From IMG/VR virus record IMGVR_UViG_3300010340_000980: a stretch of 64,000 nucleotides of DNA; one strand, given 5' to 3'. The position numbers and the translations under genes are program-made. Below the pieces are notes generated by a model. The model saw nothing but the letters and a program-made list of their open reading frames with translations. It was not told where the DNA came from and did no database searches. The stretch is from an uncultured virus (IMG/VR IMGVR_UViG_3300010340_000980) (lineage: Duplodnaviria; Heunggongvirae; Uroviricota; Caudoviricetes). Shown here piece after piece: positions 1 to 9,726 of this stretch (positions are counted from its first letter, which is position 1; every line of letters starts with the position of its first letter).

Positions 1-125
1 TTCTTTCAGATCATAGTTACAATTAAAAATAGGATATAGTAAAGCAATTGCACATAATATCATAAACATTTTTATACGATTTTCTTTGATCGTATAAAAT
101 AAAAATCTTAAAATTCTTTTAAATA

Positions 126-470
126 TCATAAACTTTTAGTAACTAAATTTTCAAAAATATCATTTAAGTCAGAAGTTAACTCAACTTCATATTCATCAAT
201 AGTAACACTATTAATAGTAATATCAATAGAATCGATATTTACATCATAACTTGGTGGTGTCCAGTAATCACCCTTATCATAATAAGATTTGCCTGAAACA
301 TTAATCTCATAATCAATAGTTATACTAACCCCCTCACAATCAAAGGACATAAATTGTTCTTTTACAACGAAAGAACCATCTTCATAGATTCTATCAACAA
401 TATCGGCATATTTTAAGAAATCACCATCTACCAGATTCGTTTTATTCGGATTGAATGTTATGAAGTCCAT
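126..470 (-). CDS. hypothetical acidic protein
   Basis: 114-aa ORF with a TAttTTTG promoter box upstream (~486-494). Confidence 0.7.
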   Translation of the reverse strand: MDFITFNPNKTNLVDGDFLKYADIVDRIYEDGSFVVKEQFMSFDCEGVSITIDYEINVSGKSYYDKGDYWTPPSYDVNIDSIDITINSVTIDEYEVELTSDLNDIFENLVTKSL

Positions 471-543
471 CGTTTCTTTGTTTTTACAAAAATACGGAAA
501 TTTATTATAAAATAAAAATATATACTAAAAATAATGAGAAGAA

Positions 544-660
544 ATGACAAAAACAGGTAACAAGGTTAAAAAAAAATTAGGAAAGCATTCAAAAAAAAGA
601 CATTCAAATAGTAAAAATTCTAAAAACTATAAGAAATCTTATAGAGGACAAGGTAGATAA
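544..660 (+). CDS. small basic protein (38 aa, MTKTGNKVKKKLGKHSKKRHSNSKNSKNYKKSYRGQGR)
   Basis: Translated by hand. AATATATA box upstream (~517) and terminator immediately downstream. C-terminal YRGQG resembles small basic proteins of T4-like phages (recollection). Confidence 0.6.
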   Translation: MTKTGNKVKKKLGKHSKKRHSNSKNSKNYKKSYRGQGR

Positions 661-661
661 A

Positions 662-692
662 ATTAAACCCCTGTAAATCAGGGGTTTAATTT
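662..692. terminator. bidirectional intrinsic terminator
   Basis: taaacccctg-taaat-caggggttta hairpin between convergent genes. Confidence 0.75.
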
Positions 693-977
693 TTAAATAA
701 ATTTGTATAAAAAATATCCAAATAAAATTGAAATGCCAACAACAATAGTCCATTTACCAAGTTGGTTAAGTCTATAAACAATTTCTGAATTGTCACATAC
801 TCTATTATATGATTGTCCACTTATCAACCCATATACCCAAGTTAATGGTACAATTGAAGCTGACATTATTGCAACAATAATAAAAACACCACCAAAAATT
901 AAAACCAATGAGATTAGTAATAAAACCAATAGAAAAATGGCTTTATTAAAAAACGAAACTCTATTTTGATTAAACAT
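693..977 (-). CDS. small membrane protein
   Basis: Two hydrophobic segments; TAtaTTTG promoter upstream. Confidence 0.7.
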   Translation of the reverse strand: MFNQNRVSFFNKAIFLLVLLLISLVLIFGGVFIIVAIMSASIVPLTWVYGLISGQSYNRVCDNSEIVYRLNQLGKWTIVVGISILFGYFLYKFI

Positions 978-1033
978 AGGAATAAGGTTTTTGTGTATTC
1001 AAATATACAAAATTTAGTTGAATACACAAAAAC

Positions 1034-1324
1034 TTATGCAATTTTTTTTATTTCAGAAAAAACACTCTTTCGAGGTTGACGAACCTTTTCACTATAATGT
1101 AGATCACTAGGGGTATAAATTGCAGATTCGACTTGTGATGGACTTTTTACAGTATTTTCATCCTTGAGAATTTTATAAATTTTCTTTATTTGATCCATTG
1201 GTATTCCTGAATTAGCTAGGAATCCTTCGATAGATTCTCGAGGAATATCATGAAATTTTTTCCCAGATGCTAAGATGGCATCATTTGTTGCTGCTAAAAT
1301 TTTTTCAATTGATAAATTTTTCAT
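1034..1324 (-). CDS. hypothetical protein
   Basis: ORF at the end of a tightly packed operon. Confidence 0.65.
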   Translation of the reverse strand: MKNLSIEKILAATNDAILASGKKFHDIPRESIEGFLANSGIPMDQIKKIYKILKDENTVKSPSQVESAIYTPSDLHYSEKVRQPRKSVFSEIKKIA

Positions 1325-1334
1325 ATTTTATATT

Positions 1335-1829
1335 TTATAGTGAGATAACACGATCAAATCCTTCATCATGTTTAATAGGTTGATATGATGATATCATATT
1401 TTTAATAACATGCATAGGGATGCTTTTATTTTCTTCATCTGTTCTTTTTTTATTCCGAGTAATATATTCATTATCAGTAAGAATAGGGAAAATAACAGCA
1501 AGCTTATAGTAACTATCATCAAAAAAAGAAAGATTATATTTTCTTCTTTTTGAATTCATATGTGTCATATCAATAATAACATTTTTACCATCATCTGAAG
1601 CTTTTGATAAATTATAAATAAGTGTATTATCAACTTCTTTTTGATTAACAGTTTTAAATGCAGTATTATAATCATCATCTCCATGAAGATCAAGAACTAT
1701 TTCATCTCTTGAAATAAGTTCAAAAGAATCTGGTTCAAAGTTTTTTCTAATCCAAGTTGTTTTACCACTCAATGGGGGTCCAATAAGTATAATAACATAT
1801 GGTTCTTTTAATTTATCTAAATTCATCAC
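1335..1829 (-). CDS. P-loop kinase (AAA_33 / polynucleotide-kinase-like)
   Basis: GPPLSGKTT Walker A, ISRDEI, VIIDMTH, R-x-x-x-R lid. Confidence 0.8.
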   Translation of the reverse strand: MMNLDKLKEPYVIILIGPPLSGKTTWIRKNFEPDSFELISRDEIVLDLHGDDDYNTAFKTVNQKEVDNTLIYNLSKASDDGKNVIIDMTHMNSKRRKYNLSFFDDSYYKLAVIFPILTDNEYITRNKKRTDEENKSIPMHVIKNMISSYQPIKHDEGFDRVISL

Positions 1830-2347
1830 ACTTTATGATTATATCTTGCCCAATTAACAGCAATGATTGTTTTTGCATCTCTAAATCGAGTAGTCATTAA
1901 TTCCTCACGATCCATTTCAATAGTATCAATTTCTTCAAGTTCTCCAGGAACTCCACCACCATCACCAATTTTTTTGGATACTTCACAAAAATAAATAGTA
2001 ATTACCTCACTAGTTCCACCAGGTGACATATAACATTCATCAATTAACTTAATTGAATCAGTTGCGTATCCAACTTCTTCATCAATCTCACGTTTCATTG
2101 CATCACGAGGATCTTCTCCAGGCTTGTCAAGTGTTCCTGCAACAATTTCTACAATATCAGAAGCTGATCCTGGTCGCCATTGTGAGATAAGAATATACTT
2201 TTCTTTCACCGTGTCATAAAGAAGAGCACCGACTGCGTTTTGCCGAACCATTACTTCACGTTTCCCTTCTTTGCCAGATTTTGTTTTATAGGTAATCTCG
2301 TCAATGTTGAGATATCCTTTGTATTTATTTTTACGGTCAATAATCAT
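1826..2347 (-). CDS. NUDIX hydrolase (ADP-ribose pyrophosphatase-like)
   Basis: Nudix box AG..D.PGED..DAMKREIDEEVGY, QWR and SPG motifs. Confidence 0.9.
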   Translation of the reverse strand: MIIDRKNKYKGYLNIDEITYKTKSGKEGKREVMVRQNAVGALLYDTVKEKYILISQWRPGSASDIVEIVAGTLDKPGEDPRDAMKREIDEEVGYATDSIKLIDECYMSPGGTSEVITIYFCEVSKKIGDGGGVPGELEEIDTIEMDREELMTTRFRDAKTIIAVNWARYNHKV

Positions 2348-2844
2348 ATAAACTGATAGTTTTTTACAAATATAAGAAATTTTTCTAAATTGTCCTCTTT
2401 TGTAACGATTTTATTCCATTCATCACAAATAGTTTCAAATGCTAAAAAATTTACTAAAAGTTTTTCATAGTTTAATTTTAATATCTTTTCCTGTTCTTTA
2501 CTTAAATTCCATTTTACCGGACAAAGATTTTTCATAGTCTTAATCTTATCTTTATCAACAAAATGTGGATATGTTCTACATATCAAAGGTCTTATTTCAT
2601 AAACAGAACACTTATCATCTTTAAGAAATTGACAAATTCTATCAGGATTATTTAAACATAATACCCACTTTTTCTTTTTACCATTTTCCCATAAAATAAA
2701 TTTAGGAACATATCCAAAAGACTTATCATATTCTATTTTTTTAATAAAAGATAAGTCTTTTGAAATATTCAAATCTTCATGATCAATAAATACATCATAG
2801 TTTTTACAGCACTTTGCTGTACAGCTTGAACAAGGAACACTCAT
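2344..2844 (-). CDS. YkgJ-family cysteine-cluster protein
   Basis: CxxCxxxCC, CQFL...C.VYE.RP..CR.YP. Confidence 0.85.
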   Translation of the reverse strand: MSVPCSSCTAKCCKNYDVFIDHEDLNISKDLSFIKKIEYDKSFGYVPKFILWENGKKKKWVLCLNNPDRICQFLKDDKCSVYEIRPLICRTYPHFVDKDKIKTMKNLCPVKWNLSKEQEKILKLNYEKLLVNFLAFETICDEWNKIVTKEDNLEKFLIFVKNYQFI

Positions 2845-2875
2845 ATCTGAGTGTATATATACTATTTAAATTTCA

Positions 2876-3256
2876 TTATAATAAATTTTTGTTTTTTAGA
2901 AATTCAATAGCCTCAATATGGTTTGATATCTGATGGTATTTCCAAACTTTATCAGTATCCTCCATATAATTTGCGTTGAAATATGGATAGTCATGATACC
3001 TATCTCTTTCAATGAGTTGAATCATCATTTTTTTATTTTTCCAACCAGCACTTATATAAGAATCATCTTTAAGAACTGCTTTAAAAAAAATATAAACACA
3101 TTCTTCTGCATCCACACCATGTTGATTTACATACTCCTGTCTATATATTTTTTCAAATGAAAAATCAAACATACTAGAAGTTGAACTTTTCAATAATAGT
3201 TTTGAAACTTCTATGGCATCTGAATCACTAATTGTTTTTAATTTATCTTTTATCAT
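2876..3256 (-). CDS. hypothetical protein
   Basis: ORF; start moved to the ATG next to the upstream gene's stop. Confidence 0.6.
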   Translation of the reverse strand: MIKDKLKTISDSDAIEVSKLLLKSSTSSMFDFSFEKIYRQEYVNQHGVDAEECVYIFFKAVLKDDSYISAGWKNKKMMIQLIERDRYHDYPYFNANYMEDTDKVWKYHQISNHIEAIEFLKNKNLL

Positions 3257-3257
3257 T

Positions 3258-4010
3258 TTAATCATTTTTAATTCTAAAAACATTAAATGGTATATTACCA
3301 TCAGCTGCTATAATTCTGTGAAATCCATCAATGATTTTATAGTTGTCAATCTCACCACGAACTATACCTCTTGGTAATTCATAATTTGATGAATCATAAT
3401 GTGATAAATCTTCCATTTTAACATTAGTGATATGGTTTTGATTTAACTTCTTAAAATCAATATAATTTTTATAAATTGAAATAAGTTCAAAATCACAATC
3501 TTTTACATCATCTAATAAAAACCCATACTCTAGTTCAAGAACATATCTTAATTTTTCGGATAAAGTTTCTAATTGAAACAATTTCACACATTGATCATTA
3601 ATTATATTCAAAATATAAACATCAATAGTCACATCATCAATCTCTTGACCATAATAACCACCACAAATATTTACTTCCCAATATGACGCATCATATGCTT
3701 TGTTAATAGCAAGGATTCGATAAATACAATATTTATCAACAATCTCACCGCCATATAAAATTTCAGATATACGAATATCTCGTCTTTTAGTTTTTTTATC
3801 GCCAGTTATAAACTGAGAATATATTTCTTCTGTTAATCGAGATAGATTAATACTATCCACATAAGCATCTTTTATTTTACCACAACGACAAATACCCTCA
3901 TCATAACAGCCAGAAGAATCACAAAAGTGTTCTGTGTTGTAATCATAGGATGTGCAATATGTATAATCAAGTTTTAACATTTTTGGGTTTAGTCTTGTAG
4001 AATTTTCCAT
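3258..4010 (-). CDS. protein with Cys-rich N-terminus and C-terminal ParB/Srx-like motif
   Basis: IIDGFHRI motif; C...C...CRC cluster. Confidence 0.6.
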   Translation of the reverse strand: MENSTRLNPKMLKLDYTYCTSYDYNTEHFCDSSGCYDEGICRCGKIKDAYVDSINLSRLTEEIYSQFITGDKKTKRRDIRISEILYGGEIVDKYCIYRILAINKAYDASYWEVNICGGYYGQEIDDVTIDVYILNIINDQCVKLFQLETLSEKLRYVLELEYGFLLDDVKDCDFELISIYKNYIDFKKLNQNHITNVKMEDLSHYDSSNYELPRGIVRGEIDNYKIIDGFHRIIAADGNIPFNVFRIKND

Positions 4011-4260
4011 CTATATTCTTATAGAAGAAAAATTCCTTATTCTTTAATTTTTTCAAAATATATAATAATTCTTTATCTTTAATTTTTCTCCAATCAAGAA
4101 ATACTACTTCCTCTTCATTATATAGAAATCCTTTACCAACACGATTGATCTTACCAACATTACTATTGAAGTGCAAAAATCCATCATGAGAGAATTTTTT
4201 ACAATTCTCATTGTAATTTTTAAGTATTTGAGATATCAAATGCATTCTAATAAAATTCAT
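3967..4260 (-). CDS. hypothetical protein
   Basis: 97-aa ORF overlapping the next gene. Confidence 0.55.
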   Translation of the reverse strand: MNFIRMHLISQILKNYNENCKKFSHDGFLHFNSNVGKINRVGKGFLYNEEEVVFLDWRKIKDKELLYILKKLKNKEFFFYKNIDGKFYKTKPKNVKT

Positions 4261-4293
4261 AATATGTAAATATAGTAAATTTATATATATTAT

Positions 4294-4738
4294 ATGGAAA
4301 AAATTACAAAAAAATGTAATAAATGTTTAGAAGTAAAAAATCTTGATCTTTTTTATAAACACAAAAAAGTTTGCAAAATTTGCCATAATAAAATTTCTAA
4401 AGAATATAGATTATTAAATATAGATAAAGTCAAAGAAATTAGTCATAAAAACTATCTTAAAGATAAAGAAAAAAGAAGGGCTTTTATCGGAAGAAATACT
4501 TGGATGCACATTTGTTGAATTCAAATTATATTTGGAATCAAAATTTGAACCTTGGATGAATTGGGAAAATAGAGGAATATATAATGGTGATTTTAATTCC
4601 GGATGGGATATAGATCATGTAGTTCCTTTATCAACTGCAATAAAGGAAGAAGATATAATTAAATTAAATCACTACACAAATTTACAACCTCTGTGTAGTA
4701 AAATTAACAGAGATATTAAAAAAGATAAAGTAGAATAA
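4294..4738 (+). pseudogene. split/internally deleted HNH homing endonuclease
   Basis: N-terminal CxxC..CxxC fragment and C-terminal ILGC..FE.WMNWEN..WDIDHVVP...LNHYTNLQPL fragment in different frames; paralog of the intact gene at 36765..37439. Confidence 0.75.
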
Positions 4739-4936
4739 CCAGCCTTCTGTTTTTAAACACACAATTTATCTATTGTCCTCTACCTCGACATCATCGCGTT
4801 GCTCACCCGCTAGTCTGTTTTGAGTTTAATCCTCGATAGTGCTAACGACTTATTAGGTCTCCTATCTTAAGCAAAGATTGGCTGAGTTTCCTCACATCCA
4901 TTTCTGGGTAGTGCTGTGCGTCCTCTTTTTCTTCTT
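4728..4936 (-). ncRNA. rnpB: minimal RNase P RNA (catalytic domain only)
   Basis: Minus strand: GAGGAAACTCAGCC (CR-I) pairs with AACAGAAGGCTGGTTA (CR-V) to form P4. TAAACTC...GAGCAA (P15 region) and TAGATAAAT (CR-IV) present. P2 ACGCACAG/TTGTGTGT. TAtaTTTG promoter directly upstream. Confidence 0.8.
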
Positions 4937-4972
4937 ATATACAAATATAATAAAAAATTTAATATATAACCT

Positions 4973-5710
4973 ATGAAATATTTATTTATTTTACTAACAC
5001 TGATTGTTATAGGTTGTACTCCAAATAAAAATCTATCAAATAATTCAAATAAAAATGATAATTTTGTAGATTCTAATGAAGTAGAAGAGGTTTCAATGCT
5101 TATGAGTAAAAGAGAATCTTATAATCCAATTATAATTCCAGAAAGTAATCAAACACAAGAAAAACAAAAAGTTTTTAACAATAATTCAAGTATTGTTAAT
5201 ACCGAAACTAATTTAGGTCAAGTTGTTTATAAAGTACCTGATACAATGCAAGTAATGAAAAATTATGAAGTCATTGTTAGAATATCAAAGTCTCAAACTA
5301 ATGTTGAAATACATAACAATCTAAACGGTAAAGTATTCCAAAAGAATATCAAAACATCCAATAAAATGCAAGTTGAGTTAATAGACCCAACTGGAAATTC
5401 TTTTAAAGTTACTCCAGTTAATATTGTGAAACAACTTGTAGATTCAACTTATACAGAATGGAGATTTAATGTCACTCCTTTAAAATCAGGAACTAATAAA
5501 TTAAATTTAGTTATCTCTATATTCAAAGATGATGATATCAAACAAATAGTTTATTCAGATGATATATATGTTCGCTCAAATCCTAAAGCAGAGATTAAAT
5601 CTTTTTGGTATGATAACTGGAAATGGGTTTTTGAAAAAATGTTAATTCCACTAGCATCATGGTTGTTCGGTATATGGTTAGGTAGAAAAACGAAACGAAG
5701 AAGAAGATGA
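4973..5710 (+). CDS. putative lipoprotein with C-terminal membrane anchor
   Basis: Signal peptide with lipobox IVIGC; C-terminal hydrophobic helix followed by a basic tail. Confidence 0.7.
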   Translation: MKYLFILLTLIVIGCTPNKNLSNNSNKNDNFVDSNEVEEVSMLMSKRESYNPIIIPESNQTQEKQKVFNNNSSIVNTETNLGQVVYKVPDTMQVMKNYEVIVRISKSQTNVEIHNNLNGKVFQKNIKTSNKMQVELIDPTGNSFKVTPVNIVKQLVDSTYTEWRFNVTPLKSGTNKLNLVISIFKDDDIKQIVYSDDIYVRSNPKAEIKSFWYDNWKWVFEKMLIPLASWLFGIWLGRKTKRRRR

Positions 5711-6557
5711 GATACTTGAAAAAACATAATGAAATTTTTGGATTCTTTAATAAAAAAGATACTAATGTAAAAAATTCCATGTGGATAATTAATCCATCAT
5801 TGAATCTAATAGATCCTGGTGAAAACATATATAAATATCATGTAGATATTATAGATGATAGGAGTGAAAAATTCAATATTGATGATTTATCTAAAAAGCA
5901 ATTTGATGGCATAATGATGATAAAGCACTTTGGTTAAAAGATCGTCCTTATAATCGTTCTGGTAAAATGGTTAGAGTTAGTAATACACTAGAATATATTA
6001 GAGAAGGTGGTAAGTTATTTGACTTCAAAAAATATTTCAAAGAACTTCAAAAAACTTCAAAAGAAATAGGATATACTATCGGAACTAATGTTTATGTTAA
6101 AGAATTTGATAAAGTTGGAAAAATAGAATCTCTAAGAGAATCATGTATATGTACAATAAGTAATAGCGGTGGAGTCGAAAATATTGCCCTAACTATTTAC
6201 TATAAAGTAAATATTCCTGGAGAAAAACATCCTTATGGATTTTATTATAGTATATCTCAAATAGAAAAAATAGATCAACAAGAAAAACTAGGAATAGATC
6301 CTGATTATGTTTCTGACTTTTTTATAGATTTAATAGATAATGAATCTGTTAAATTAGATCTAGAAGTTTTACAAGATCAAAAAGGAGACTATCTGTTATG
6401 TATAATATCCTATATTGAAAGAATACAACCGATATTTAATGAATTAATGGAAAATTATTTAAGACTTACTAAAGCAATGAATTCGGAAAATAATTTCGTT
6501 ACAGAAATTGTAAATATTAGTATGTCTAAGATATCATTTAAAATAAAACAATCTTAA
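5707..6557 (+). pseudogene. probably one frameshifted gene (MRYLKKHNE-leader protein)
   Basis: The 76-aa ORF continues in a shifted frame (..HFG/LKDRPYNRSGKMVRV..) into the 196-aa ORF; single-base indel near 5933. Confidence 0.55.
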
Positions 6558-6559
6558 AA

Positions 6560-6588
6560 TAAAAAAGAAGGGATTAACCCTTCTTTTC
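6560..6588. terminator. bidirectional terminator
   Basis: aaaagaaggg-attaa-cccttctttt inverted repeat between convergent genes. Confidence 0.65.
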
Positions 6589-7389
6589 TACAAATTCATC
6601 ATATTTTTCAATAACTCGATTCGAGTCTCTTTTGTTCCAAGCCTTGTTTAGAAAAAGAAGTTTATTCTTATCAATTCCACAATTGCGGTTAGAAATATTA
6701 CCCTCATTGAAAAGAGCAATCATTTCATCCATACTCAAAGTCTTATGCTTACTATCAAATTTAGGATCAGGATGTGACCATCCAAATTTAAACAACCAAT
6801 TTAAAAGAGCCTTTTTATTGACATCTTTATAATCTTCTGTCGTTCCATTGCCACTTCTTTTTGAAAGTTTTTTATTTCCTTCGAAAAGGAGTCCGGCATG
6901 TATAACTTCAGGGAATTGCTTATCACCTTCAACTTTACAAATTTCATCCCAAATTCTTTTTTGTTTATCAAGGTTAGAAATATGATCCACACCACGAATG
7001 ATGTGAGTAATATCATAGTCATAATCATCTAAAATAGAACAGAAGTTATAAGTTGGAAATCCATTATTTCTAAGAATAACCATCTTATATTCTCCCATAT
7101 CAAGTTCGTAACCATTTTCAGTTTTGGTTCCGATCTTTTCAGCAACCTCCTTATATCGATCTAATCTATCAGATTGCTTGAAAGTCAAATCATAATCAAG
7201 ACCAAACTGGTCCATTTGATCAAAGATATAGTCAATATACTCTTGCTTATTTCTTTCTTGATCAGTATCATCGATGCGAAGTATAAATTGACCACCATTG
7301 GCTCTCGCCATCAAATAGTTAAGAAGAGATGTACGGAGATTTCCGATTTGAATATATCCCGTTGGGGATGGCGCAAAGCGACATTTCAT
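6574..7389 (-). CDS. glutamyl-tRNA synthetase catalytic domain only (GluRS/GluQ-RS-like, 271 aa)
   Basis: RFAPSPTG, HIGH-like QIGN, LRIDDTD, ITHIIRG.DH, KLSKR; no anticodon-binding domain. Confidence 0.85.
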   Translation of the reverse strand: MKCRFAPSPTGYIQIGNLRTSLLNYLMARANGGQFILRIDDTDQERNKQEYIDYIFDQMDQFGLDYDLTFKQSDRLDRYKEVAEKIGTKTENGYELDMGEYKMVILRNNGFPTYNFCSILDDYDYDITHIIRGVDHISNLDKQKRIWDEICKVEGDKQFPEVIHAGLLFEGNKKLSKRSGNGTTEDYKDVNKKALLNWLFKFGWSHPDPKFDSKHKTLSMDEMIALFNEGNISNRNCGIDKNKLLFLNKAWNKRDSNRVIEKYDEFVEKKG

Positions 7390-7558
7390 ATGTTTTTGTT
7401 TTCTTTTATATATTTTACAAAGATAATAAAAAATATAAGATTTTCAAATTTTTAAAAACTTTCACTTGGGTAACTTTTAGTAGTTAAAGGGTATACATAT
7501 AGATATTTCAGTTAGTCTCACTGAAATTAAGATATCTCAAATTATTTAGCATTAACTT

Positions 7559-8092
7559 TTAAACATTGAAATACAATGCCCACCCAAGTGGATAGATATT
7601 CGTGTTTCTTTTTTGCCATTTTTTAGTATCTTTCATTAGATATAGATAAATAGAGTCTTTTCTTTTATCACCTGTAGCTCCTATACAATATTCATCATAG
7701 TCTATTTTTATATCTTTTAATATCCATAATAATCTTGAATAAACTTCAATTGCTTCCCCTTTATCACTTGGATCCTCATAGTTTACTTGATTTCTATCAA
7801 ATAGAGTAAATGATATATGATAGATTTTTGTATTTGGCTCTTTATGTAATTCTAATTTATAATCACTTTCCGATTTAGATTTGAAAAGTATTAAATAATT
7901 ATCACCGTTTTTTTCAACATCATAATCAGTTTTAATACCATCAAAAACCTCCTCATTTACTTTTTTAAATCCATTTAGTACAAAATCTTTAGATTTCGAA
8001 TATATTCTATATTTTTCTTTTCTATCTAAGTAAGGATTATTATTATCATTTATGTATGATGTATAATGATCATATTTTACTAAAATATTCAT
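7559..8092 (-). CDS. hypothetical protein (late-type promoter)
   Basis: 177-aa ORF with TAATATATA upstream. Confidence 0.65.
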   Translation of the reverse strand: MNILVKYDHYTSYINDNNNPYLDRKEKYRIYSKSKDFVLNGFKKVNEEVFDGIKTDYDVEKNGDNYLILFKSKSESDYKLELHKEPNTKIYHISFTLFDRNQVNYEDPSDKGEAIEVYSRLLWILKDIKIDYDEYCIGATGDKRKDSIYLYLMKDTKKWQKRNTNIYPLGWALYFNV

Positions 8093-8102
8093 AGTTTATA
8101 TA

Positions 8103-9707
8103 TTAACCATTCCAACCTTCTTTAAGACTGACTGTTTTATTGAAAGCCTTACCACACTTGTCTAAAATGTAATATCCTTTACGCATCATTTGAACAGCAT
8201 CTTTCACATTTAAAACGTGTGGTTCAAAAACAGCTTTGTTATTCACAACTAATGAATTAGGATTCAAATCAGATATAAAATCATCTCCAGGAGTCTCAAC
8301 ACTGAATAATCTATCATATTCATTAACAGGTATATTAATACCATGTTCAATAGATACCCAGTGAATTGTACCTTTAATCTTTCTATCTAAAACCATTCCT
8401 GACTTAGAAAGAGGATCATAAGTACACTTGATTTCAATGACATCACCATTTAAATCCTTAATAACTTCTTCCGCCTTAATAACATACGCACCTTTCAATC
8501 TAACTTCACCACCTAATTTCAATCTGTGAAACTTGTTATTAGCTTCTTCTCTGAAATCTTCCTTTTCAATCCACAACTCACCACTGAATGGAATCATTCT
8601 CTTACCAGCAGTTTCATCTTCTGGATTATTCTCTACTTCAACCCATTCAGTGCCGCCAGTCCAGTTAGTTATAGTAACCTTTACGGGTTCCATAACGCCC
8701 ATTAATCGATTAGATTTTTTGTTTAGATCATTTCTAAGACACTCTTCTAAAAGAAGATATGAAACAACCGAATCTCTTTTAGTTACAGAAATTCTATCAC
8801 AAAAATCTTTAATTGACTCTGGTGTAAATCCACGTCTTCTTAATCCAGAAATAGTTGGCATTCTTGGATCATCCCATCCGTCAACAAATCCTTCTTCAAC
8901 TAATCTCTTCAATTTCCTTTTAGACATTACCATATAGTCAATATTCAATCTAGCAAACTCAGTTTGTACAGGAAGATCAGATGGTAAAAAGTTTTTCAAT
9001 TTGGTCAATATCCAATTATAAAATTCTCGATGTGTTTCAAATTCTAGTGTACATAAAGAATTAGAAATTTTTTCTAAAGCATCGGAAATAGGGTGAGCAT
9101 AATCATACATTGGATAAATACACCATTTATCACTTGTTCTATAATGTGTATGTTTTTTTATTCTATATAAGACCGGGTCTCTCATTAACATATTTGATGA
9201 TTCTAAATCAATTTTTGCCCTTAATGTAGCACCGCCTTCCTTATAATCTCCATTTTTCATTCTCTCAAAAAGAAGCAAATTTTCCTCAATGCTTCTGTTC
9301 CTAAATGGACTTTCAGTGCCTATGGTAAATGGAGTTCCATTATATCTTGAAAGTTCTTCAGAACTCAACTCACAAACATAAGCATCCCCATTACTAATTA
9401 GTATCTTGGCAAATTCAAAAAGAATTTCATAATAATCAGATGTATAAAATACATTTGATGGTTTGAATCCAAGCCATTCTATATTTTCAATAATTGGATT
9501 TATAAAATCAACCTTTTCAGTTGTTGGATTTGTATCATCGAATCTTAAATTACACTCAACTCCATATTTTTCCGCTAATCCGAAATTTAAACAGATTGAT
9601 TTAGCATGGCCAATATGCAAATATCCATTATTTTCTGGGCTAAATCTAAATTTTAGATTCTTTTCTTTAAATTCATCTTCTATAATTTTTTCTATAAAAT
9701 TTTTCAT
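8103..9707 (-). CDS. glnS: glutaminyl-tRNA synthetase
   Basis: RFSPENNGYLHIGH, RFDDTNP, WCIYPMYD, MSKRKL, GWDDPRMPTISG, KGTIHWVS. Confidence 0.97.
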   Translation of the reverse strand: MKNFIEKIIEDEFKEKNLKFRFSPENNGYLHIGHAKSICLNFGLAEKYGVECNLRFDDTNPTTEKVDFINPIIENIEWLGFKPSNVFYTSDYYEILFEFAKILISNGDAYVCELSSEELSRYNGTPFTIGTESPFRNRSIEENLLLFERMKNGDYKEGGATLRAKIDLESSNMLMRDPVLYRIKKHTHYRTSDKWCIYPMYDYAHPISDALEKISNSLCTLEFETHREFYNWILTKLKNFLPSDLPVQTEFARLNIDYMVMSKRKLKRLVEEGFVDGWDDPRMPTISGLRRRGFTPESIKDFCDRISVTKRDSVVSYLLLEECLRNDLNKKSNRLMGVMEPVKVTITNWTGGTEWVEVENNPEDETAGKRMIPFSGELWIEKEDFREEANNKFHRLKLGGEVRLKGAYVIKAEEVIKDLNGDVIEIKCTYDPLSKSGMVLDRKIKGTIHWVSIEHGINIPVNEYDRLFSVETPGDDFISDLNPNSLVVNNKAVFEPHVLNVKDAVQMMRKGYYILDKCGKAFNKTVSLKEGWNG

Positions 9708-9726
9708 ATTTTAATTTTTTAATATT

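Noticed and set aside
7490..7545. Hairpin atttcag-ttagtctca-ctgaaat upstream of the mini-GluRS as a third attenuator
   Set aside because: No Glu-rich uORF or U-tract found, and a separate promoter lies downstream of it
8533..9714. Antisense ORFs within glnS (likewise within ligA, the RNA ligase and the giant gene)
   Set aside because: Shadow frames of well-supported genes with no independent signals
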